Positions 56,902 through 64,000 of a stretch of 64,000 bases of DNA are shown one piece after another (within the stretch, counting starts at the first letter, position 1; every line of letters starts with the position of its first letter). The position numbers and the translations under genes were made by a program. The notes under the pieces are model-generated. The model did not search any database. It was given only the letters and a program-made list of their open reading frames with translations, and was not told the DNA's origin. This DNA is from Elusimicrobiota bacterium. GTDB taxonomy: Bacteria; CG03; SLGR01. The stretch lies in NCBI GenBank assembly GCA_003553445.1, contig PWEK01000017.1, positions 89 to 64,088 of the forward strand, written 5' to 3'.

Positions 56902-57779
56902 AAATAAATATTAAAAAAAGAGTTTTTCTTTTCATATTTTTCCTGCCCCTTGCTGTCTCTGAAACATCAGCTGAAAGCTTTAACTGGGTTGAACTGCATA
57001 ACAGGGTTTATGAGTCTCCGGGTTTTGATTTCAAGCCTTCAACATATCCTTATTCCTCTTCATCAGCATATATGTTCGCCGTGGATCTTTTAACAAGACG
57101 GATTGATGATGAAGCTGAGAAATGGTTTAAAATAACTAAAGAGCTTAAAGAAAACGGGCACGGGCCGAAATGGGGAATTGCAGAAATATACAGACGCCGC
57201 AGACTTTTTTCTGAAAGCATAAGCATCCTGAAAGAGGTTATAGATGAAAAACCCGGTTTTGCTCCCGCTCTGGTAACTAAAGCATACATACATTTCGAAA
57301 AAGGCAATTACTCGCAAGCAATAAGCCTGGCGGAGCGTATTATATCCATGGAAGAGAGGATAGACAGGGCAAACCTTATCCGCGCCCACCTTATTGCCGG
57401 CGGAGCAAAGGGATCGGCCGCTATGGAATCTTCTATATTCGGAAGAATTTCAAGAGGTCTTGCAGCCCGCAGACACCTCAGAGAAGCCAGAGAATTGGAC
57501 CCCGACTATCCGGGGGTTCTTTTTGCCTGGGGCAGCTACTACTTAATGGCTCCGCGTTTAACCGGAGGAAATATGTCCAAAGCAAAAAGACACCTCTACA
57601 GGGCGCTTGAAAAAGACCCGGACTTTGCCGATATTCATGCCACCATTGCAAAATTATACTTTATGAAGGGAGATATCGACTCTTATGATCAATATGCTAA
57701 GCAGGCCGAGCTCCTTGATCCCGGAAACACTATCATAAAAGAACTAAAAAAAATGAAAGAGGAAAAAAATGAAAGCTGA
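56868..57779 (+). CDS. Secreted TPR-repeat protein
   Basis: 303 aa with a signal-like VFLFIFFLPLAVSETSAE and several TPR-like helical pairs. The start is uncertain (34-nt overlap with the rhodanese gene). Confidence 0.55.
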   Translation: MESKRISPGGLKINIKKRVFLFIFFLPLAVSETSAESFNWVELHNRVYESPGFDFKPSTYPYSSSSAYMFAVDLLTRRIDDEAEKWFKITKELKENGHGPKWGIAEIYRRRRLFSESISILKEVIDEKPGFAPALVTKAYIHFEKGNYSQAISLAERIISMEERIDRANLIRAHLIAGGAKGSAAMESSIFGRISRGLAARRHLREARELDPDYPGVLFAWGSYYLMAPRLTGGNMSKAKRHLYRALEKDPDFADIHATIAKLYFMKGDIDSYDQYAKQAELLDPGNTIIKELKKMKEEKNES

Positions 57780-58668
57780 AAACTTAAGTTTAAAGGTCTT
57801 TTTAAAAGCCTCCCGCGCCAACTTTCTACTTTCTTCACTCATCCCCGCTGCCATAGCCGCAGGTTTAGCCCTGTACCGGGGTGATGAAGCAAAATGGTCT
57901 CTCTTTCCTGTAATACTTCTTGGGGTAGGATCTATTCACCTCTTTGTAAACCTTGTAAATGAATATTTTGATTTCAAAAAAGGGGTTGACCCGGTTTCAG
58001 AAGAAGACAGCGTGCATACCCTGGCTTCCGGAGAGGCCTCTTCCGGCCAGGTTCTCTTTTTTATGCTGTTAACCTTTGCGGCAGGATTGGGATGTCTCAT
58101 TGTTCTTTCATTACACAGGGGCTTTTCTCTTTTTCTCCTGGGAGGGGTGGGTTTTGCCGGAGGCTACTCATATACCGGGCCTCCCCTTGCCTACAAATAC
58201 CGCGGCGCAGGTGAAATAATGATACTGATTTTAATGGGGCCTCTTTTAGGTTCGGGAATCTACCTTGCGCTCACCGGGCAGCTTCCCTTTGTTGCAGTCG
58301 CTGCATCTTTTCCCCCGGGATTGATTATAACGGCGGTACTTTTGTCCAACAATATAAGGGACATCCCTAAAGACCGCTCGGCCGGGGTAAAGACACTGCC
58401 GATGATAACAGGAAAAGATAAGGCCTCTGCTCTTTATTCATTTATGCTTGCTGCGGTTTTTATCTGGATAATCCTTATGGCCGCTTTTACGTATTATCCC
58501 CCTCTTTCCCTGTTATCTCTGCTTTTTATTCCGTCTGCCATTAAATGTTCAAAAACGCTGAAAAAGAGTGAAGGGGACCTGGAGGATATAGATTTAAAAA
58601 CCCTTAAACTATATGCGGGAATAAACTCAATTCTGGCTTTTTCTTTTTTCCTGGGAGCTCTATTATAG
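57769..58668 (+). CDS. menA: UbiA-family prenyltransferase, MenA-like (1,4-dihydroxy-2-naphthoate polyprenyltransferase)
   Basis: 299 aa with ~9 TM segments. NLVNEYFDFKKGVD and NNIRDIPKDRSAGVKTLP correspond to the two Asp-rich MenA motifs. Confidence 0.7.
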   Translation: MKAENLSLKVFLKASRANFLLSSLIPAAIAAGLALYRGDEAKWSLFPVILLGVGSIHLFVNLVNEYFDFKKGVDPVSEEDSVHTLASGEASSGQVLFFMLLTFAAGLGCLIVLSLHRGFSLFLLGGVGFAGGYSYTGPPLAYKYRGAGEIMILILMGPLLGSGIYLALTGQLPFVAVAASFPPGLIITAVLLSNNIRDIPKDRSAGVKTLPMITGKDKASALYSFMLAAVFIWIILMAAFTYYPPLSLLSLLFIPSAIKCSKTLKKSEGDLEDIDLKTLKLYAGINSILAFSFFLGALL

Positions 58669-58814
58669 ATAACAGATATTACAATAAACTTTCACCGTTA
58701 ATCAGGAAGAAAATTTTTGACTTCCTGGAAGAAAGCTGCGCTTCATACGGAAGAGAAGCTCATATTAAAAAACTCTATTCCTCAATTGAAGATTTTTTAA
58801 GCCGAAAGAGCAAA

Positions 58815-59684
58815 ATGATACGCTCCATCCTCCTTATTCTCTCCTGGCAGGCCTATTCTTCAGATTCCACAGACAGAGTTATTTCCGCAGCTGCAGGGCT
58901 TGAACTTCTTCATGCATGCGCTCTCATTCATGATGACATAGTAGATAAAGCCGAACAGCGCCGCGGCGGGCCTTCCATGCATCTGCTCCTGAATGAAAAT
59001 ACGGGGAAGGGAAAAGAACTTGCTATTGTAACCGGAGATATCCTATACGGTATGGGGTTAAAACTCTTTATGGCCTCTGATGCTGAGCTTTCTCTTAAAT
59101 ATCCCGCTGTGGATGAAGTTCTCCGGGCTGCTTTTATCACAGGAATAGGAGAATTCAGTGAGCTTATTTATGAACATAAAAAAATTGAGGATTTAACAAG
59201 GGAACATATTTTAAAAATGTATGATCACAAGTCGGCAAGATATACTTTTACATGCCCTATGCTGGCGGGCTCCATTCTTGCGGGGGCCCCTGAAAAGGAC
59301 AGGGGAAAAATTGCAACCGCCGGGCGGCTCATGGGAACAGCATTTCAGATCAGAGACGACATAATAGACATAACCGTAAATAAGAAGGGCCGGGATCCGT
59401 ACGAGGATCTGGTCAGAAAGAAAAAAACACTTCTTATGTATTATACATACGTATCCGGACACAAAACAGCAAAAGACAGCATTCGGGAATTTTTATCACT
59501 TGACTCCCCCGGAGAGGAAGACTGCCGTAATATTTTGAAACTTTACAGAAAGTCAGGCAGCATTGACCGCGCTGAAAAAGAAATTGCAGATTTGGCCGGA
59601 GAAGCTGAGAAAATACTTTTTTCTCTAAGCCCGGATAAACGAAAGCTTGAAAATTTAATTTCTTTCTGCAGATGTTTTTTATGA
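58815..59684 (+). CDS. Polyprenyl diphosphate synthase (trans-IPPS); true start probably upstream at a non-canonical codon
   Basis: FARM LIHDDIVD and SARM RDDIID. The frame stays open upstream to 58608. It encodes ..KLYSSIEDFLSRKSK before the first ATG, which matches the conserved N-terminal helices of the family. Confidence 0.8.
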   Translation: MIRSILLILSWQAYSSDSTDRVISAAAGLELLHACALIHDDIVDKAEQRRGGPSMHLLLNENTGKGKELAIVTGDILYGMGLKLFMASDAELSLKYPAVDEVLRAAFITGIGEFSELIYEHKKIEDLTREHILKMYDHKSARYTFTCPMLAGSILAGAPEKDRGKIATAGRLMGTAFQIRDDIIDITVNKKGRDPYEDLVRKKKTLLMYYTYVSGHKTAKDSIREFLSLDSPGEEDCRNILKLYRKSGSIDRAEKEIADLAGEAEKILFSLSPDKRKLENLISFCRCFL

Positions 59685-59695
59685 AAATTCTTTAA

Positions 59696-60874
59696 CTACT
59701 TATTAAGCAAGTGTTTTGAAGACCAGTTTATTCCAATAGCTCCAAGAGGAGCGGTTATGATTATCGCTAACACTGCTATAGCCAGTATCAGGTCCCCCTC
59801 GGGCATACCCATAGAAAGGGGTATGGCTCCTACTGCAGCCTGAACCGTTGCTTTCGGAAAGTAGGCTATTATGCAGAAAAGTTTTTCTTTCAGGTTCAGG
59901 TTTGTTCCTGCTGTAGAAAAAGCGACGCCTGCACTTCTGCCTGCAAGTCCGATGAGAATTATCAGTGCTCCGACAAGCCCCGCATCCCAGGCAATATGAA
60001 TATTAACCTGCGCTCCTATGAGTACAAAAAGCAGTATTTCCGCAAAAATCCATATCTTTCCAAATTTCTCTGCAATCCTTTTAGCTCCCCCGGGAGTTTT
60101 TTCAAGTATTATGAAGCCAACTACCGTAACACCGAGCAGACCGGCTATCTGAACAGTTCCGCTGAGAACGTCTTCAATGGCAGTTATCAGAATCGCAATC
60201 CCCAGTATGTAAAGAACCTTCTTTGTGTCTCTCATGCTGAAACGGGAAAAAGACTTTACAAGTAAAAACCCTGCCAGCACGCCGATCGCAATACCGAGAA
60301 GAATGGAAGAAAAAAATGTCAGCACCTGACCTGCTACATTGACAGATGCCGCTGTATACATTGCAAGAAACGAGGTCAGCATTGTCACAGCAAAAACATC
60401 ATCAACAGATGAACCGGCCAGTATTAAAGTAGGTATCCCTTTGTCTGCGCCGATTCCCTTCTCTGAAAAGTGAAGCATTCTGGGGACAACCACCGCAGGG
60501 GATACAGCGGCAACGACAAAACCGAGAACCGCGCCTTCAATAAAACCGAACCCCAGAAAATGCATTGATACGAAAGTTATGGTGAAGCCCTCTATGAGCC
60601 CGGGAATGAAGCTAATCTTTATAGCGGTCCTGCCAACCTGCTGCAGTTTCTGTTTCTCCAATCCGAGGCCTGCACGCAGTAAAATGATAATAAGAGCAAT
60701 AAACCTGAAATCCGAAGAAACCCTTAGCAGTTCAGGAGTAAGCCAGTCAGCGCCATAAGGACCTATAAGTATTCCCACCAAGAGCATGCCGAGAATACCC
60801 GGAAGCTTGATTTTTTTAAACAAGTAATTAGCAAACAGCCCCAGTATGATTATAATTCCTATGTTAGTTGCCAT
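59696..60874 (-). CDS. Cation:proton antiporter (CPA family Na+/H+ or K+/H+ exchanger)
   Basis: ~392 aa, polytopic. MATNIGIIIILGLFANYLFKKIKLPGILGMLLVGILIGPYG is a typical N-terminus. ATG 60874 with AAAGGA 6 nt upstream is preferred over the track TTG at 60889. Confidence 0.8.
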   Translation of the reverse strand: MATNIGIIIILGLFANYLFKKIKLPGILGMLLVGILIGPYGADWLTPELLRVSSDFRFIALIIILLRAGLGLEKQKLQQVGRTAIKISFIPGLIEGFTITFVSMHFLGFGFIEGAVLGFVVAAVSPAVVVPRMLHFSEKGIGADKGIPTLILAGSSVDDVFAVTMLTSFLAMYTAASVNVAGQVLTFFSSILLGIAIGVLAGFLLVKSFSRFSMRDTKKVLYILGIAILITAIEDVLSGTVQIAGLLGVTVVGFIILEKTPGGAKRIAEKFGKIWIFAEILLFVLIGAQVNIHIAWDAGLVGALIILIGLAGRSAGVAFSTAGTNLNLKEKLFCIIAYFPKATVQAAVGAIPLSMGMPEGDLILAIAVLAIIITAPLGAIGINWSSKHLLNK

Positions 60875-60890
60875 AATTTTTCCTTTCAAT

Positions 60891-60918
60891 AAAAAAGCCC
60901 CTGCATCTTAAGCAGGAG
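60891..60918 (-). terminator. Intrinsic-terminator-like hairpin + U6 inside the 5' leader of the antiporter gene (attenuator / expression platform candidate)
   Basis: Reverse strand reads CUCCUGC-UUAAGAU-GCAGGGG-C-UUUUUU: a 7-bp stem with one G-U, then a U-tract. It ends 16 nt before the start codon. No upstream same-strand gene exists that it could terminate. Confidence 0.55.
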
Positions 60919-60975
60919 TCATCAGCGCATATTCTCGCATTTAAAGGCGAACCCCATCGCCCGGACTTACAACAT

Positions 60976-61003
60976 ATAATATAAAAATGAGAGCAAATTT
61001 CAA
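60976..61003 (-). promoter_or_regulatory. Sigma-70-like promoter of the antiporter leader
   Basis: Reverse strand has TTGAAA (61003-60998), a 16-nt spacer, then TATTAT (60981-60976). The predicted leader is ~95 nt. Confidence 0.45.
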
Positions 61004-61178
61004 GAATATTATCGGCGCCTACTCAAAAAAACAGAGGCTTATACAATTTAACATATACTCCCAAACTTATTGACAATTACCGTTCAATTTAATAGTTTAG
61101 ATATAAGCTTGTGAAAGCTTAGAATTTTGCAGATTCCCGGTTAAAAGGTTTTCTTTCACCTTTAAAAAGGAGATAAAT

Positions 61179-62150
61179 ATGACAAAGTTAATTAAAGCGG
61201 TTAAAGACAGGAACCTCAATCGGTTAAAAAAACTATTAAACAACGGTGAGGATGTAAACAAAAAAAACAGCGAAGGAGAAACTGCTCTGGCTCAGGCGGT
61301 GGAAACCATGGACCTTGAAATAGTAAGGATGCTCATAGACGCCGGAGCTGATGTTGACGCAAGGGAGCCTTATGAATGGACAGCTCTAATGGCGGCCTCT
61401 ATGCGAGGCTATCAGGAGGCAGTTGAATTATTGTTGGATGCAGGAGCTGATGTTAATGCAGCAAACTACAAGGGGTCAACGGCCTTAATAGAAGCCGCAG
61501 CAGAAGGCAGCGCTGAAATGGTGAAGCTTCTTATAGAAGCCGGGGCGGATGTAAACGCAAAAGCCAAATACGGATGGACCGCTATTAATAAAGCCGCCTC
61601 AAACTCTAATGAGCAGATTGTGAAAATACTTATAGAAGCAGGGGCGGATGTAAACGCCACAGACAACCAGAACACCACCCCACTTATAATTGCCTCTTAC
61701 GAAGGAAGCCCTGAAATAGTAAAGATGCTCATAGATGCCGGCGCCGACGTAAACGCCAAAAACGAATTCGGCGAAACCGCCCTCATAAACGCCATACGCA
61801 GCCGCAACATGGACATAATCAGCATACTTACAAAAGCAGGCGCGGATGTAGATGCCAAAAATAACAAGGGGGCAACTCCTCTAATAAAAGCGGCGGACGA
61901 AAACGACATTGAAATGCTGCAGACATTAATAGATTCCGGAGCGGACTTAAATGCCACAGACAACTACGGCATGACCCCTCTCATAACAGCGGTAATACGG
62001 GGGGATATTGACATGGTAAAACTTCTGATAAAAGAGGGCGCCGATGTGAATGCCAAGGATGATTCAGGAGAAACCGCCTTGGCTCACGCAAAGCGCGAAA
62101 GGCATAAAGAAATAGCTCAGACCTTAAAAAGCCGCGGCGCCGAAGAATAA
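61179..62150 (+). CDS. Ankyrin-repeat protein (about 9 consensus-like 33-aa repeats), no signal peptide
   Basis: Nine G-[AE]-D-[VL]-[ND] loops, each followed by x-x-G-x-T-[AP]-L-x-x-A and E-[IM]-V-K-x-L-I-x-A-G. RBS AAGGAG. Confidence 0.9.
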   Translation: MTKLIKAVKDRNLNRLKKLLNNGEDVNKKNSEGETALAQAVETMDLEIVRMLIDAGADVDAREPYEWTALMAASMRGYQEAVELLLDAGADVNAANYKGSTALIEAAAEGSAEMVKLLIEAGADVNAKAKYGWTAINKAASNSNEQIVKILIEAGADVNATDNQNTTPLIIASYEGSPEIVKMLIDAGADVNAKNEFGETALINAIRSRNMDIISILTKAGADVDAKNNKGATPLIKAADENDIEMLQTLIDSGADLNATDNYGMTPLITAVIRGDIDMVKLLIKEGADVNAKDDSGETALAHAKRERHKEIAQTLKSRGAEE

Positions 62151-62155
62151 ATCGC

Positions 62156-63049
62156 TTAAGAAAGTATTTTATCCACAAACATAAGGTAGAGCAGAGTTAC
62201 GAGCGTAAAAATTGTCCCCGGAAGGGCTCCTTCCGGGCCCAGCAAGGCTAATCCGGCAGTAGCCCCGAATATGGAGTTCTTAACTGTAGAGGTAAGAACG
62301 ATGCTTTTACCGGTTGCCTTATCCGTATTTTTCTTACTAAGAATGTATTTAGCGGCGTAAGCCAGGCCGAAAATCGTAATAGCAGATATAAGAAGCAGCT
62401 TTATGAAATATTCGGGGCTTAGTAGAATCAAGTTCCTGTTGACACCCAGTATAATCGCAAAAATAATCCCGAAGCCTAAATTAACTACCGGGCCGTGAAT
62501 TTTCATTGCAAAAGGGCCCAGGCCGACCTTTCTGCATATTCTTCCTATAAAAAGGGGTATCAACAGAAGCAAAACAAGCAGCCGGGCAATAGAAATATAA
62601 CTTATAGCATTATTACCTATGAAAACCGCAGTCAGCCATGGAGTCAATAACAAAGCAGCCAAAAAGGCCGAAAGAGTGGCCGCTGTTGCATAAAACATAC
62701 TGCCTCCCACTACTGCCGTAAAAGGCATAATCGCCAGGCCCGGCGGAGTGGCAGCGGTAAGCACAAGCCCCGCCCAAAGCTCGCCTTCAATACCAAAAAG
62801 CCTTCCCAATAAAAGCACAACAAAAAATATCATAAAATAATTGAGAAAAACTCCTCCCATGAAAGGAACAGAAGATTTTTTCAAGTCTTTAAAAGGAGAA
62901 AAATCTGTTTCTGTAAAAGACAGGGTCATTATAAGCATAAGAATTGGCATGTTCAGAAAAGAAAATATTTCCATAGAACTGCCGAAAACAAGGCCCGCTG
63001 CAAAGCCTAAAGTAAAAGTGAAATTTCTGTTAAAGAGTATTTTCATCAT
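62156..63049 (-). CDS. Polytopic transporter, bile acid:Na+ symporter (BASS/SBF)-like
   Basis: 297 aa with ~9 TM segments. LTAATPPGLAIMPFTAVVGGS resembles the BASS signature region. Family assignment is tentative. Confidence 0.4.
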   Translation of the reverse strand: MMKILFNRNFTFTLGFAAGLVFGSSMEIFSFLNMPILMLIMTLSFTETDFSPFKDLKKSSVPFMGGVFLNYFMIFFVVLLLGRLFGIEGELWAGLVLTAATPPGLAIMPFTAVVGGSMFYATAATLSAFLAALLLTPWLTAVFIGNNAISYISIARLLVLLLLIPLFIGRICRKVGLGPFAMKIHGPVVNLGFGIIFAIILGVNRNLILLSPEYFIKLLLISAITIFGLAYAAKYILSKKNTDKATGKSIVLTSTVKNSIFGATAGLALLGPEGALPGTIFTLVTLLYLMFVDKILS

Positions 63050-63326
63050 AATAGGCTTATAACAAAATTACAGCCTCATGGCAATATGCTGAATTTCAGG
63101 CCTCCAATTTTAAATAAGAAAACCCAAAAACTATCGTTATCCCTAAAAACTCTTACTTTTAGAGCCCTTACTTGCATTAATATATATAAAGAATCCCGCT
63201 TTGCTGCTTCTAAAAATTTGAAATTAGCAAGAAAATGTAATTATATATATTAAAATACAGGACAATACTGGAGAATTCTTGCGATGGCCCGCTGCTTTTT
63301 AGGAATAATTAAGAAAAGGAGAACGA

Positions 63327-64000
63327 ATGAATTTTAAAAGAAAAATAACAAGGTGGGAGCCCAACAGTCACTCATTGCCTATGGGCAGGGAAGAAAAGGG
63401 TTCTAAACTGATGGGGTTAGTAGGTTTAATTATAGTAATTGGGTCTCAATTACTTCTATTGAGAGTTATATTAAACACCGAAAGACCAATTGACACTGAT
63501 TCTATACGTCAATCTGCATTAATGTTTACAGTTGCGTTTCCCTCCATAGGTCTATTAATGATAAATAGATTTTTTAATAAAAAAGAAACTATAATATCAC
63601 ATAATGAAGTTCGTTATATAGACAAAAGTTTGCTCTGGAAAAAGGAATGGAGTGAGCCTCTTTCCTCATACAAGGGGGTATTAAAAGAGAATGATATTTC
63701 TAATGGCGGCGGTTTCTTTCGCAAAGATGGAGCACATGCCCCATGGAAAATTACCCTTAAACATAAAACCGATTCATCTCGAAATATTGAGCTTTACAGT
63801 CACTCCAGACCCACGGGGGTTGAACCCGAAAATAGTGATGAAACATGGAAAAAATTTGCACGTCTGCTGAATCTTCCCCTTTTAGAAAAAACAGCGATAG
63901 GTGAAAAATCAATAGAACTAAAGAGCAGGGATATTCCACCTAAAAATTCAGTTAGAAAAGACTCTGAAAAAACAGATGAATCAGAAATGCGATATAAAAT
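63327..64000 (+). CDS. Hypothetical membrane protein, 3' end outside the window
   Basis: Not in the track (no stop). RBS AAAGGAG, then ATG 63327. MNFKRKITRWEPNSHSLPMGREEKGSKLMGLVGLIIVIGSQLLLLRVIL..ALMFTVAFPSIGLLMINRFF (two TM), then a soluble part. Open to position 64000 in my translation. Confidence 0.55.
   Translation, partial: MNFKRKITRWEPNSHSLPMGREEKGSKLMGLVGLIIVIGSQLLLLRVILNTERPIDTDSIRQSALMFTVAFPSIGLLMINRFFNKKETIISHNEVRYIDKSLLWKKEWSEPLSSYKGVLKENDISNGGGFFRKDGAHAPWKITLKHKTDSSRNIELYSHSRPTGVEPENSDETWKKFARLLNLPLLEKTAIGEKSIELKSRDIPPKNSVRKDSEKTDESEMRYK

Noticed and set aside
1-64000. Search for rRNA, tRNA, CRISPR arrays, IS elements, integrases and toxin-antitoxin pairs
   Set aside because: I saw no tRNA-like T-arm strings (GGTTCGAATCC-type) in the intergenic gaps, no regularly spaced direct repeats, and no transposase or integrase-like ORFs. 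This absence is from visual inspection only and should be confirmed with tRNAscan-SE, Infernal and ISEScan.

Overview
64-kb chromosomal segment from a diderm, moderately AT-rich, probably uncultivated-type bacterium. It carries TolC, a TonB-dependent receptor, a LapA-like protein and a PorV-like barrel. I call about 55 tightly packed CDS, many separated by 1-14 nt gaps or overlaps. By eye I found no rRNA, tRNA, CRISPR array, transposase, integrase or prophage block. All domain calls come from motif recognition in the supplied translations, not from HMM searches. Gene order: (1) a phosphorelay block of multi-PAS hybrid kinase, REC-GAF kinase and HTH-REC regulator, with a frameshifted extra PAS domain just upstream. 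(2) CapA-like protein, an acidic lipoprotein and an O-antigen-ligase-like protein. (3) Flavodoxin-like protein, then a tightly coupled PerM / C-domain-less pyruvate kinase / LrgA / LrgB operon. (4) A T9SS-style CTD cargo translationally coupled to a PorV-like barrel, followed by two tandem paralogous Ser/Thr kinases. (5) A LapA-like protein, a 310-aa membrane protein, a 629-aa HprK/PEPCK-type P-loop protein (DUF4914-like) and a transglutaminase-like secreted protein. (6) A stand-alone FIST sensor with an 83-aa partner, three orphan pseudopilins and an RND/MFP/TolC efflux operon. (7) A secreted tail-fibre-like protein with a Peptidase_S74 intramolecular-chaperone C-terminus, in a non-phage context. 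(8) A 7TM-PAS histidine kinase. (9) An operon of TonB-dependent receptor, TroA/Znu-type metal ABC transporter and SAM methyltransferase. (10) A ~1900-aa GLUG-repeat adhesin with a T9SS-type CTD. (11) A plus-strand nitrogen block of ECF-type sigma factor, TorF-like porin, amtB, P-II, glnA and nadE. (12) A degenerate KaiC-like plus PEP-utilising (PPDK_N-like) fusion protein. (13) A cluster of ACT-like protein, rhodanese, TPR protein, MenA and polyprenyl synthase. (14) A cation/H+ antiporter preceded by a terminator-containing leader, which is a riboswitch/attenuator candidate. (15) A 9-repeat ankyrin protein, a BASS-like transporter, and an AT-rich end with a partial unknown membrane protein. 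Most noteworthy: a promoter module shared by the pseudopilin, tail-fibre-like and (more weakly) FIST units; the pyk(no C domain)-lrgAB coupling; the CTD-cargo/PorV pair; the pseudo-KaiC/PPDK fusion; and the antiporter leader.
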